Position numbers and translations under genes: made by a program
Shown: positions 12,901 to 27,900 of the stretch, in pieces
How positions within the stretch are numbered: the stretch's first letter is position 1
Layout of the letters: the number at the start of each line of letters is the position of its first letter
NCBI GenBank assembly: GCA_002633005.1
Contig: NMRA01000250.1
Coordinates: forward strand, 300,657-364,656
DNA: 64,000 bases
Source: Phoronis australis
Taxonomy: Eukaryota > Animalia > Phoronida
Direction of reading: 5' to 3'
The notes under the pieces: generated by a model
Told to the model about the DNA's origin: nothing
Database searches by the model: none
Seen by the model: the letters and a program-made list of their open reading frames with translations, nothing else

Positions 12901-15900
12901 AGAATACGCATTTCTCAGCAAGCAACAATAAGCAATGTATATTTTGTAAGCAGTTGCATTTTTAAATCCACCAATGTCTCGATCGATGATTGACAAGTGG
13001 AGTATCAGAAAAAAAATTTGTCACTTTGAATAAATTATAAGTGATCAGAACAGAAACTGACAATCCAATTATGTCCCTTGAAGCTCTACAATAAACTTGA
13101 GAGTCACGTCCGCTCAGCCTTTGATCAGATCTAATTTAAATATTCCACAACAAAGAAATTGGTTATTATCAGAAGTCAATCAGCACTTCCAACTTAAAGA
13201 TGCATCCTTGGTGAGAAAAATAATTTTACAGAAATTAGCACTCAAGCGCAGAACAGAGCTCACTAACTCTGTAGTAGGAACCAAACGCTCTATAGATGAG
13301 CCAAATTTCGCGCGTTTTGGCATGGTATTTTAAGGATATTCAAATGGTAAGACACTGGCCTCGATTTCACCGAATGTCTGGCAGACAAGAACAAGAATTA
13401 GCAATTTGAAATAAAATCACGAAAACACAACAGATTTTGTTGTTTTGTAGCTATGGTAATTCCAAAAAGTCTATCCCGTCTGTCAACAATCTCAAAAATG
13501 TGTTTTCGGCCATAAAATCGATAATCTCACTACGTAAACTGAACTTGTGCTTGCCTCAGTTCTCCCTACCCTTGATCCTACTACTCTTCATGGTATCAGA
13601 GAAATTGATATGGAAAAGAATACCACTGAACCGCAACCCTACCATGCAGCACTGCGCTGGTCAAGAGAAAACGAATTGAAATTGTCAGCATGTGATTACA
13701 CACATCACAACTTAATTACCATCTCGTTAGCACACAGAGGTGTCATCGGAATAAACGCACGGTCGGCGATTTCGCTCTTATCCGAACATCACAGTTGATG
13801 CCATTAGCATTACCATGGCGACAAGGTGATTATTATTTTTTTTTAATCACTACTAATTCTGGGATCATGGAAACTATATGAGCCGAACTTGATGCGATTA
13901 AAAAGTCTTCTGCCAAGTTACACGCGGATTGATAGGTGTCAGAGAAAGATCAATTAAAACACCAGTCAGTCGTTGTTTAAAGGACAAAACATATTTAATT
14001 TCAGACTAAAAGAAAGCCGTTTTCTTAATCAACCCAGCGTCATGACAGATAGTCTGAAACAAGTAAGGACTGATTTGATGCTGAAGCTGCAAAAAAAATA
14101 AATAGCGCATAAAATGGTTACACAGGGAAACTGCATAAGAGTGGTGAATTTTCAATCTTTTTCTGACAACTTTTAATTCCACACGTTACAGATACTGTCA
14201 TCATAAGGTAAAAAATGTCAAAGTCAGAAAACCTATGACTTTCTGTTTACACACCCCCTTTTCCAAATAAAAGCCCGGGCTTTTATTTGGCATTACTAAA
14301 ACGCCTGAATTTTTTCATTTTCCAAATACACATCCATGGACTTTTCTACAGGAAATCCCCGCGCTAATTTGCACATTGCCAAACTTAACATGTCTTAATC
14401 ATTTTTGGCAAAAACGCAAAGGTATCCTTACACAATACAACCTCTATTATTTGTCTTTCTATTACACATAAAGCAGAAAAAGTTCAGGCTAAACATAAGT
14501 AAACATGGTTGAGAGCTTTTCAAACACGGCTCAGTTTGAATACAAGTAGGGGAAAGCCTACTTGTGGGGGAAGCCTGACTTGTCAATAAACTTCTCCAAC
14601 TGCCCAATTGGATGATGAACCTTCCAATTTCCATTAAAAGGCAAGTTCAGGTGAGCCTTTTTGAGGATTTTTTCTAAAATTTTACCTCAAAGATGCTACT
14701 CGAGTGAACACAATTAACTATTCCGAAATTCTTCCATTCAAACGAAAAAAATTTAAGATTCCAGAAAAAGCCACAAAAAGTGCTGCGATCACAATATTAG
14801 AGTTCCATCAGCTTCATGTAAAGAGAACAAATGAATCTCCCAAACTGGTGCTCTGACTTCTAGTGTCCTGATTAGAATAAATAAAATCCTAAAATGTTGA
14901 AGTTATAACCAAATCATAAAGAAGCTGGTTTACATTTGGCAGGCAAACAGAACTCAAAACAGCAGATCTACTAATTTGGCGAGAGAAAGTCATAATCTAT
15001 TCCACACATAGAAGCAAATACACTTAAACCAGTCATTTACCCCTTGATAACTAGCAGACTGACTGAATTCACTTACATTCAGTTAAAGTTGCATTTCGTC
15101 TGTTTAGCAAATTTCAAATTCAGGCCTTTTTACTCTCATAAAATCAGTCTCATAATGTTTCCTTACTGTGATAAGAATTCAATTTCCGTAACCAACTTTA
15201 AGTATGGGAAATGCGGCATTTTCAAACCACAATTTTAGAGCTGTCCAACTACATGAGCTATTTTCAAATTTGAAATTTTAGGGTTGGTCAAATCCAATAA
15301 ACTCAGAAGCGTTTTCTTGATTCGCCAAGGGTTTTTGATGCTCCTGTGAGTAATGGAAATGGGATCCAAGCTATCATGGTAAAGAATACCATAAGACCAA
15401 TTTTATGACAGTAAATCAGGCCCAATTCTATTTTACTTAGCTCAACAAGACAAAATGCAGCTTCATAATAGTTTACGTTCAAGACATAACCAATGTGTGC
15501 ATGATCTCAACACATTTTTCCAACATTGTTGGATTGCAAGATAAAAATTGACTAGAGAACAAAGCAAAAAAGTTATCTATTTTTACTTGATAAAGATACT
15601 AAGCAGTTTAAATCAGAAGTTGGTTTCTGTGACAGAAGGTAGGGGCTTACAGCCGCTTTAGGTGTTAACTCACAAAACTTCGGAACCCAAAATATTTCTT
15701 CTGACATATGCAAAATCAAAACAAAGCAACATCAGGCAATGAAATACACGTGTCCCAACACAATAGTAATACTAGTCATGAGCCCAGGATGTACACATAC
15801 TAGTAGTAGTGGTAGTGGTAGTAACAAGTATTTACCGTCAATAAAGGACAGACAGTAAAATCACAAGCTACAAGCTTTTGAACCGGCATAAGTTAAAATA

Positions 15901-18900
15901 AAAAATATTTAACATGAATACAATGACAACAGGGACTATTTAAAAATGTATGTTAACACATGGCACATTTACACAAGGCTCCATTCCAAGTACACAAAAT
16001 CTGACCATCCTACCTTTTGATTCTATCAATAACAGTGTAATCACTCCCACTCTTTTCCCACAACTACCAGATGCCTGACACAAACGTTATATTGATACCC
16101 TGATTCACACCTACACTCACTCCCTTCACCTGTATCGCAATAACACCTGCTCAGGAGTGATTCTCAGTACATCCAACACCACAACTTGACCTCAACACAA
16201 CAAGACTGTTGTTGCTCTGGCCCAGAGCTTCAACTCTTTGGGTTTAGCATTACAATGGCTGCTAGTACTGAATGACAGATCAGAGTGTGATGACTGTGCC
16301 ACAGGCAGCCACAGGAGATCACATCTTGATGTCATTAAATAATGACTCAAGCTTAATTACCAGGTTTGTTAATTAAACATCCTCAAACAGAGCTACCTGA
16401 TCATGAAGTACTGGGGTTCAGTTTCCAAAGACAACAACAAATCTGACAACTTGGGGTACTACATTTAATAACTGCCATGTGTTAGTTACTATGGGCTTGC
16501 AGATAGTCTTGAAATCCAGACCATTGGTCTTTGTGACAATGGCTAGTCCCTGAGGAACACATCTTGTTCATGTTCAATTAGAACTGTTGCTAATCATACC
16601 AGATGTTCATTACACTGGCCCATATGTACATCACAAACAAAGCTGGGGTAAAGTCCACTCTAACAGAAGCACAACCCTTGACATGGGGGCACAATCTACA
16701 TGAGCCAGATGTAAAATAATGGCACAAATGAAGACTTACAGGACTTGGGCAAAAGATCCAGCTTTGGCATACACAATCAAAAGAACAAATGTCCCCAAGT
16801 ATCAACTTTCCAAAGTTCCACATGGCTCCTTTCTACATTCCCTTAGCAACTAGTAGTACAGGGTTCCAGAGCTTAGTCCAATTTCAAATGTTTTACGCAA
16901 CAACCGGATTACAAAGAGTGCAAATGAAATATGTGGCCTTAAAAAAACAGTAAAATCTCACTGATTTCTGACAAAAATGTTGGCCAAAGTAGTCCTCCTT
17001 CATTTTTCGCGGCATTGTTGTGGATGCGACTATTTTTCAAAATGTTATCTAATGGTAACTATGGCTGAGAACCTGGACATGGTGCATTACGTCCTTCATG
17101 AAAACAAAAAAAAAATTAATTTCACGGTAGTACACGTCTCATGAAATCATAAAAACAAAATTTCACATATCCCGCTGAGAGCGTCAGTTGGTAAAGTTTT
17201 ACTGAAAAACACATTAAGTTATGAGTACCAACAACGTCAATAGAATAAATGGCAAAATTAGAGCAGTAGCTTCACTTATCGAATGGCAACTACCAGTAGG
17301 TACAGTAAAACTTTTCAATTTGGGACAAAAATAATTACAAAAATTGCCATATTTACTTGGCGGAATTCTTCGAATTCCGACAAGTATGTTGCTGTCGTCA
17401 AGTTTTTTTTTTTTTTTTTTTTNAGCCACAGGAGATCACATCTTGATGTCATTAAATAATGACTCAAGCTTAATTACCAGGTTTGTTAATTAAACATCCT
17501 CAAACAGAGCTACCTGATCATGAAGTACTGGGGTTCAGTTTCCAAAGACAACAACAAATCTGACAACTTGGGGTACTACATTTAATAACCGCCATGTGTT
17601 AGTTACTATGGGCTTGCAGATAGTGTTGAAATCCAGACCAATTGGTCTTGGTGACAATGGCTAGTCCCTGAGGAACACATCTTGTTCATGTTCAATTAGA
17701 ACTGTTGCTAATCATACCAGATGTTCATTATACTGGCCCATATGTACATCACAAACAAAGCTGGGGTAAAGTCCACTCTAACAGAAACACAACCCTTGAC
17801 ATGGGGGCACAATCTACATGTGCCAGATGTAAAATAATGGCACAAATGAAGACTTACAGGACTTGGGCAAAAGATCCAGCTTTGGCATACACAATAAAAA
17901 GAACAAATGTCCCCAAGTATCAACTTTCCAAAGTTCCAAATGGCTCCTTCCTACATTCCCTTAGCAACTAGTAGTACAGGGTTCCAGAGCTTAATTAGTC
18001 CAATTTCAAATGTTTTACGCAACAACATGATTACAAAGAGTGCAAATGAAATATGTGGCCTTAAAAAACAGTAAAATCTCACCGATTTCTGACAAAAATG
18101 TTGGCCAAAATAGTCCTCCTTCATTTTTCGCGGCATTGTTGTGGATGCGACTATTTTTCAAAATGTTGTCTAATGGAAACTATGGCTGAGAACCTGGACA
18201 TGGTGCATTACGTCCTTCGTGAAAACAAAAAAATTAATTTCACGGTGGTACACGTCTCATGAAATCATAAAAACAAAATTTCACATATCCCGCTGAGAGC
18301 GTCAGTTGGTAAAGTTTTACTGAAAAACATATTAAGTTATGAGTACCAAGAACGTCAATAGAATAAATGGCAAAATTAGAGCAGCAGCTACCAGTAGTTA
18401 CAGTAAAACTTTTCAATTTGGGACAAAAATAATTACAAAAATTGCCACATTTCTTATTTTTCAGTCTTACCACATTTTTGCGCATGCTTAAAATTTTACC
18501 AAATGTCGTTTAGTAATAGCTACACCATACTAAAAGCAAAGCAAATTTTCTTGAAAAATTAATTTTGATTAAGAAATCTGACAAAATGAAATTTCACCTG
18601 TCCGCCATATTGTGACCCGAACGAAAAAAGTGTTACCGTAAGTTCCTCAGATCAGTGTTTCACTGTTACTTCCACTACTCAAGCAAATTTTCGCAGCATT
18701 CACCTTGTTCAACCAAGACTGCACAGCGGGCGTGAACGTACCCAGTGAACCCGGGATGCCAGTGGTCAATAATCGCTAATTTGTAGCTTATCTACAGAGA
18801 CAAAAGCTAGACAAGAGCTGAACAAACATTAGGGAATGTGGTACACAGGTCTTTTGTTACGCGATTGATTGGGTATATAACTGATACATGTTATGTTACT

Positions 18901-21900
18901 TCTGGACTGTGGTAAAGACGGGCAAAACTTCATCAAGAACTACTCAGGCAGGCATTCAGTTGGACAATCTGATTCGAATTTAGACATCCTACTTAGGACG
19001 CCCTATTCAGCATTTGGATATCGAAGAAAAGAAATGTAAGCAAGTATTAATAATTGGTATGTCCAGAATAAGTTGGTTTAAATCTGGTGTAAGATATTAA
19101 AAGCTTTAGTGCAGATCCATGTTTCCATGGCAACACACCACACTATTACAATAGTTTGACTTAGGGTGGTATAAAAAGCTGTCGCACTTTATTAGTCATG
19201 GACACTCTGAGAAATTGGGGAAACTCATTTGGGACGCCCTATTTTTGAAACCATGGATGAACCCCTTATTATAAGACATTTCCACTTATGTAGGCGATTC
19301 AGTGTTAAGGGAGTGTTGGTCAGTAGGAATGCTTAAATCAGTCTAGAATCGTAGTTAACAGTTCAGATTTATTTCGCAGCAGGGTCGCTACTGTGACAAT
19401 GGTGAAGGCTACATTACATCACCTTACAATAATTTTGATGACGATAGTGCCATAGAGCGATAACTCTGCTAACTACCACAGCAAATGGGAATGCTCGCAG
19501 TGTTTGTCAACACTTCGCTAGAGCCCGATTTAACTCGATAGAAAAAGGCTTAGAGACTCGACACTTCTACAAAACATATAGAGTCCTGTGACGGCATTCT
19601 CAGTCACCCTTTACAATAGTTTGGAAATATCTCAAAACCCTAGAAATTCCTGACACTTTCGCTGCATCTGAGCAAAAAGTCAACTGTAAGTATTTCACTG
19701 ACAATGTCTAGAGAACACTGACTAACAATAAAACAAGCTGTTGCTCACGGCTAAAATGATGGAATAACACTGACAAACATACTATACAGCTCAAGAGTTA
19801 CATGCAACAACTACAAAAGGGAAGATACGGAGATGATCAAAAATAACGCCCCAAAGACAAAAATGTACCTTCCTCGGCTAAAACTGATGAGAAATAGGAC
19901 ATGGCACTCGTTTATTTTTTTTCTGACCATTAAGTATCATGAGTAATATTCATTTACTACAACACAGCACAAGTCACTTCCTGGTAATTAGACCACAAAC
20001 TGAGCACAGCAGCTGTCACTGATATCCTGCAGTTTCACATTAAGATCTTGAGATAAAAAATGTAGTTCAGTAAATTTCTCCCGCCAAGACAGAAATGAAA
20101 CCAAATAGAAAACAAATATATTATCGTTACACCTACAGCGTAGTCTAGTAAGTTTCTCCCGCCAAGACAGGAAAGGAAACCAAAGATATTATAGTTATAC
20201 CAGACTCTGACGAAACTGCAACAAAATACTAGTTCAGAACAATAAGCATAAAAAATTGATTTCACATCCATAATGGATAACTTTCAGAGCAGTGCAGAGG
20301 TTGACTCCTGTTTTTAAGTAGTTCGAAAACATTGCAGATGAATATTTGTGTAAAAGACTTACACAAAAAGCTGGTGACATATTAAATGAATTAAATAGGA
20401 TTTAATATAGAACATGCATGCTGTCTAAAGATTAAGTTTCCCAATGGCATATGACTGATTAAACAAAATGTTTTACATAGAGATTAAATTAAAAAAATAA
20501 TCTGAAATCTGATAATCGACGCCTAGATACACATGAAATGAGATTTCACAACTCACATGAACAAAATCCTGAGCCCACACAATGTTTCTTCACACCACTG
20601 TCTACAAAAAGTCCTTTAAGCATGACCATGGAACAATCAATTTGTCTACTATTACCAGTATTGTCTATTAGGAGGAGTGTTGTCTATTAGGATGAGTATT
20701 GTCTAGGAAGGCCTGGCCATCTGGGACAACACAAAGGAGTCATTAATTATATCAATCATATTGTCTGTGATATGTAGGACTTGATGTGTAGGACTGGGGC
20801 TGAGAACCAAACACTGGTGGTGGTGGCTATCTTAACTCTACATCACTGGCAGATGGCCAGCAAATGGCATAAATCAAGGAGGGTGTCTCTTTTAACTAAT
20901 GGGAAGGGAGTACAACTGCTTATTAAAAATCCAGATACCATCCATGAGCAAGCTAGAAAACAGGAACTCAAGTAATGGAAAGTCTTGCACCTCACCTGTC
21001 AGCACAAGGCCAAATTACCCACCCAAGACAAAACTCGAGGAGGCAAAACACTAACCAGAGTTGACAGCATGTCCATCTTAAGGCTTCATTCGACTTTTAG
21101 TTGTACACAAAATTAACATTTTGTTCTGGAAAGCACTGGTACATCCCGGATGTTTCAAGAAGATCCTGGCCACAATTGCTAGAGTAATGTCCATGCAACA
21201 CTTACAAAGGACCATTTTTGGTCATGCGCCCCCTTAAATTTGTTTACGGAAAAGAATCGCCCCTTTATGGTCTCTAAAAAGCTAAGAGAACATGCAGTGT
21301 TTAGAATTACCCACCACCTCTGAACAGAATTACCCACCACATCTCAAACAGAAAATGGTCTTATCCAAAATTAGGAAGTGATTACAGAAATACTCAACTT
21401 CACTACCAACTCAAGAGAAACGAATTTAAGTACTTTAGCTTTTAGAAAACTCGCTGAAATATTACTCTCATTGCCCAGCAGTCTCACAAAATTAAAATAA
21501 ACCTTCAAATCTCTACCACCCCCCCACCCATCACGAATCCGGGGGCGGGTACTTAGTTATATTTTGGACAGGAGGGGTTGTAGCTAGAAAATTAGGGTAC
21601 CCACCCAATGAGAGACTAGACTCCAAAAAGGGGACCTATTTGTAGCGAACTGACACAAAAAAGTCCTTCAATCATAGAGTATTGTTCCAGATAAGTCACC
21701 CCTTGGTAGGTCTCGAGTCCACCTCATCCCTTCACAGGGATCTTGGACGTATATTTTAACCCATTAAGCTTGAAAGCGCGTGCTATGCGGTGTTATCAAA
21801 AATACTGGTAAGTACATTGTAGTTTTGAAAAATTAACCTTTTCGTGGATTGGTGAATTCCCACAGCTAAAACCCTTTAGCAGAATATTATCAAATTGAAA

Positions 21901-24900
21901 ACGGCACCATTTCGCATGAACCGGTCGTGAAAAAGTAGCCCATTAGAGACACATGTCCCCTATACCCCTTCTACGGGAGTACCCCCCCACACAAAGAAGT
22001 GGATTTGATGAAACACAGCTGATGTCTGTGAACCAACAGGGATTCTTGGTCCACTGGTCTTGATGATCCTAATGAGCCCAGCAGACCAGTAACAGGGTCA
22101 GGCCTGTTAGGGGACAACTGTCCCTGGATGTCAAACAATGAGCACAGACCAGTAACAGGGTCAGGCCTGTTAGGGGACAACTGTCCCTGGATGTCAAACA
22201 ATGAGCTAGCTGTCTGGCAATAATGTTGTTGGTTCCTAAACACACAGTATTTCATTTACCACAACAGGACTCACTTAGGCATTTTAGGTCACTTTTAATG
22301 ACATAAATACACAGATCTCCTGAACACAGGTTTTCATTTTTTGAAACTGACAGCCACAAAATGTTAATAAAATTGTGACAATTAAGCTTTAAAACAAAAC
22401 TTGATAAAACCAACCGCTAAATAGTTATTTCTACGCCGGGTAATTTTCTCACACATAAAAACATCACCTACAAACAAGTCAAAATTAGTATAACGGTAAC
22501 ATACAGATGAACGACACCACGGCCTCAGCATATTCGTGAGTGAAAGAAATTACGCCCTCGTTAACACAGCTCGTCTTGCACACCAGAAAAAATGGGTCAC
22601 GCAAAAGCTAATTTTGTGTTCTCAAAATGCTTCAGCTAAAAATTGTATGTAGATAACATTTACCAAGAAATTCTACAAACAGGACTCCCCCAAACATAGG
22701 CCCTTGGGCTTACTTTCAGAGCCACATTAAAAAATTTTGACAGTTTATAGGGTTTCCCAAAATGAACAGTGTTGGCGAATTTCACACTTTATCAAGATAA
22801 ACAGGACAGAGTTCATTTCAGCACAGTTTTTAGCTTATCTATGGAATAACCTGGGACCATAAAACTCATTTCTGTTATAACTACACTGTTGGCCCTCATT
22901 TCTCGGCGATATTACAGGCATACTTACCACTTGTAAGCACCGCGTTTCAGTAAGTATGCCCGAGGAAACATTTGGCGACTCGAACTTTAAAAACTATGAT
23001 ATCACTTTTTGAGTGTACGACATGGGGCTTGCTACCAGACCTTTTCGCAGTTAAACTCTTTCAGAAATGCCACAAGTTCAATAAACCCACTAATACTCCA
23101 ACAGAGGAAACTGACTTCAACAGGCACTTTGAACTATCAGACTTGACAAGAACACAGTGAAAAGCTCTGAACAGCGTGGGTAACACAGCTGTCAACCATT
23201 TACTAATAAAGCCTCAGCTTGCCATCAAGAAAGTTAACTGACAGCCAGTAACCTCTGCAACTGATTGAAAAAATCATCTATTTAAAAACGGCAGAACATC
23301 GATTCCGCAAGACCTTTTGCAAGACCGCACATTTTCAAATGCATACATGCGTGACTCGTGGGAATTAACTGCACGGTTTGCAGTGCCCTCAATATAAACT
23401 ATTAATACAACTTATTCAGCCAACACGCAAGCCGGGTGGCACACATCCAAGTCACACATCCAAGTTTCACGTAATGTGATTTCAAAATAAGGTACGCAAT
23501 AACTCCTCATTGGTTTCCCAGAAAAAAGAATAACCAAAATTATCATTTATTCTATTTTGCAAATGCTAAAAATAATAAAAACTGTGAAACACAGCCAGAG
23601 TACAAAACCATACTAGTAATTGATTATAATGGTCTAAAATCTTTATTTTCCAGGAATATTTGACAAAATAAAATTCCGCTTGTATGGCAAGGAATTACAG
23701 TACATGTGATGTCAGGTCAAAGCGCACACTAGTGGCAGCCACCACAGTTGAAAATTACACAAAGCTAACCAGGTGCTTTAACTCTCCACTGACGATCAAT
23801 CACTCAACAATATCTCTCCATCAAACTGTATAATTACCTGGCTGCAAGCAAAAATCTGGGGATTTTATGAACAAAGCATCCTTAGGAGTTCTACATTAAA
23901 TATGTATGTCTATGATTTGTTGTCAACTACAGCATAGCATACACATTAAGCTGACTGTACACAATGATACCTGCAAAACACATAATAAAATTTAATGCAA
24001 ATTCCAGACTTCCAGTGCACAGATCACTTTTTCGCACCCCTTAAACAATGCTTTACAATCAAACAGGGCTCTATGGATTTTGATTTGTGATAAGCTGCTA
24101 AGTCAGAGTTCAGTATATCCCTCATCTACAATTCAAGTATTTTGTACAGCCCTATAATGGCTCACTGTAGAGTTCAGATCGGCAATTAGATCAAGACAGA
24201 CACATGTCAGTACAAGCGCACTGCAAGTATGCTACTTAGAAAGAGCCAAAGTGAACCCAGCAGTGGTCGTTTCGCCACTCAACAAAAGTCGGGTTAACTT
24301 AATGGGTACTTACCTTCAACACACTTGAAATAACTCAGTTTTGGGAAATATTTTTAAACAACATAAGAGTAACGCCGGATCGTCCAAGCTTTTCAGAGTA
24401 TGTTGGATTTATTTCAATGTTATTGTAGCTACCAGTAAATTATTCCCGGACTCCCGAGAAATTGAAATGGATCCCAAAAATTTTGGAAGTTAGGTACACA
24501 GCAGTCCAGTGTTTTGAAGAGTATGGCACGCTGAGAACTGAGGTTCTATCACTGCAACAGGGTATGCTAATATCGCACGCAGGATACTGGCAAACACAAA
24601 GTCTCAGGTTAACAACATTTTCGAAATGGGTAAGTGCTTTCAGATGTTTCAGCCAACTTGGGAAATAAATTTATAATATATTTAGACGAACGCCCAGCCT
24701 GTCACGTGAAAGTAAACTAGAAAAATTCATCAGAGAGCAGTACTTGTGGGTAATGGTCAGATATAACGTGCCCAAATTTTGAGAACCAGTTTTCTCCACT
24801 GAATAATGTGCATCAAACTGGTTCTCAAAATACGGGCACATAATATCCGACTATTGCTGTACTCGTGAACTCTACTCAGATACCAGGACATGCTACTGAA

Positions 24901-27900
24901 CAGGGACATTTTAGCAAAACCTACACATATATGAATTCTCAAGTCTATGGACAGCACCAAGCAACTAGCGAAAGTTTTGTCCCAAATGGAACTTAATTTA
25001 CAGACACCAGACTACTATATAATACCAGGAAAGAGTTTTTCTTAGCATATTTTAGCTCAAGACTTGCTTAACGACTTGGTAGAAATAAGTCAGGACTACA
25101 TTTAATGACGTCACTCACAAGACACCAGCAGGAAGAAATCTTCACTGATTTTCCGAACAGCACCTGCGAGTATTCCAAGTGCTTACGAAACGTCCCACAA
25201 TTCAACATCTGACACAGTCGTCCAATCACACTCATTGGCTGGCATTTTGCTAACATGTACCAATAAAGCTAGTGAAACGCTGCTAAATCTAGTGTTTCCC
25301 TAACACAAGTGAGCTCAATCTTGCCAAACTCGTTTGATCAGAATGTCTTACAAAAGATTTTCAAATGAATTTATACCAATCAGGCCTATTAATTCATGAA
25401 CAATGGTATGATAAGACATAAATGGTCGATAAAATTCACTAACATTGTTTCGCACAATTTCTATCTTCAATAATGATCATATATAATTTATACTTTAAAA
25501 TATACCGATTTACCATGATTGCTGAGTGATGAGAAATCATGGTAAATCGTGATAATTTACCATAATGGAGGTTTTCCACGAATGATGCAATGAACAATAA
25601 TCATTTACCATCAGCCTGATATGAATATATATCAACTGAACAATAATCATTTACCATCAGCCTGATATGAATGTAATCAACTGAACAATAATCATTTACC
25701 ATCAGCCTGATATGAATGTATATCAACTGAACAATAATCATTACCATCAGCCTGATATGAATGTATATCAACTGAACAATAATCATTTACCATCAGCCTG
25801 ATATGAATGTATATCAACTGAAATACGAGTATCAATGTAGGTACCCTGACTTACCTTGAGTTAATACCGTGGGCTCCTCGACGCGGAGGCCATCAATAGT
25901 GCAAAGCTTGGAAATGGGGTGAAGGCTGACTATTCCACCAATGTTCTGAATGAAACAGTGCTCCGACTCCACGCCCGTACCCTGGATGACGATGTCCTGG
26001 GGTCTGACGGCACGGCCAGTTCCGATCTTTGTCTTGCCTGTAAGAGATTATAGCCAACACTATTGACCAATCGTTCAAAGGAACATTCAGGATGATCTTC
26101 ATTAATAAACTCACATACATACGAATATTTAAAACCAAGCATTCAAAATCCATGATTGTTCACAAAAATCATTCAAGAATTCCTGAAGTGTCGTACTTTC
26201 GTGTAAAAATAATGCACAGTCATTTTAAGGTATTTATCAACCTGCGAGGACACGGTTTCCTGCATATTGACAGTATGAATGTGCAATTCAAACACAAAGT
26301 CACTCAGTTTAATATATTTTTTGAAATTCAAAATATAAAATGGCATTTTTGTGATGAATAAATTAACAATTTTCATTCGTGGAAGATGAAAAAATTGTTC
26401 ATACAAATTTTTTAAGGTTACAAATGGACAGTTAAAGGTTACACGATGAAACTTTGAAGGAGTTCACGAAGGTTGACAATCACCATACTTGGATTTGATT
26501 CTTGGAAGACAGTAGAAAAATGAATCACATGGCAGTTCAGCCTTAGAAGTACTTATTACTGCATAATTACTTCCTGGTTTTCAACTGTAACCATCAAATC
26601 AAACCTAACTACACGGCCACTTTCTGCACCAGTAAACACACAGTCACCTAAACTAAGGCTACTTCAGGGCATTAGTGCGACTTGTGTGCAAGATTTGTTC
26701 AGCAAGGTGAACATTGATTTCATGTTGTTATGGCCAAAATTCTTCACTTAAACCGGCTATGAACTCACCTTACACACAAAAACATTTTAAGACCTTTTTC
26801 AATTATGAAATTGGTTTAAAACTGTTCCCTTTACAGGGCAGAAATAAAGTCAGGGTTTGGAGAGATATGACATTAGTTGCTGCTTCAGACAAAGCTCACA
26901 AGCTGGCTTGTCACTACATGTCATTTTATGGACCAAGCCTGGTCTGGAGCAATAACCTACTGCGGGTTCTTCCAAAGCCCAAAAAACACTGGACCAAGTT
27001 GAGACTAGTTTAATAACTCCGAGTGGTATAAATCGAATATTTCATTTCTTTGATAGAATGCGGCTTTATAGCCACTTTGACAAGAAATATTTCGATAATG
27101 AGTATTGCACGTTTCACCAGCAGTTCACAAGGGTAATGTTCCACCTCATTCACCTATTTTCCACTCCATTTTGTGACTAAAATACATGCAATTCTGCAAA
27201 AAATTCAAGATGTTGAAAGAGCACCATTTTGCTAATTTAGTTACCATGGGGAAGCATCTCACAAAGTTTTTAACAGAAACGACGTGACAAAAGTATCGTT
27301 ATACAAGAGCACATAACATCCAGTGTTCTCCACGACCACTTTTAACATGTCGCAACGTCCTGTTTGGCCGAGCACGCGTCCTGTTTAAATGTCTCGCATC
27401 CTGTTTAAAAATCCAGCGTCCTGTTTAAAAATTCCGCGACCAGTTTAACAATATAGGGACTACTTTGTAAAAAAGGAGTCCTCGTCGTTAATAAGGTCTT
27501 CACTGGTTCAAATTACGCTTGACGGCAACTGGCCATAGCCCAATGAAACTGAATAAAAGCTAAGAAAGTGGTCAGTTGTGGACAGCCTAATCACCGGTCT
27601 CACTCAAGTGGCAGACCAGGCAGCTATCCTATTTATGGTGTAAGGCAGCCTGTATATAATCCCTCAATTATCTTTTCAATTCATCTGGAACAACTAGTCA
27701 ATTTGTCAATTTAGACAAAGGCCCAGTGCTACCTATATGCCTAATCCATTACCTGTTCACTGGAGGTGCAGTCTGGCACGAAAGTCGCTGATCATTGCCT
27801 TAGGTCTATTCGCTTTTGTAGTCACCTTTTTGTGTTCGGCAGATAACTCATCATATTACCCATTGAAAATAATTGAGACTCGGTGTTTAATTCAGCATAG

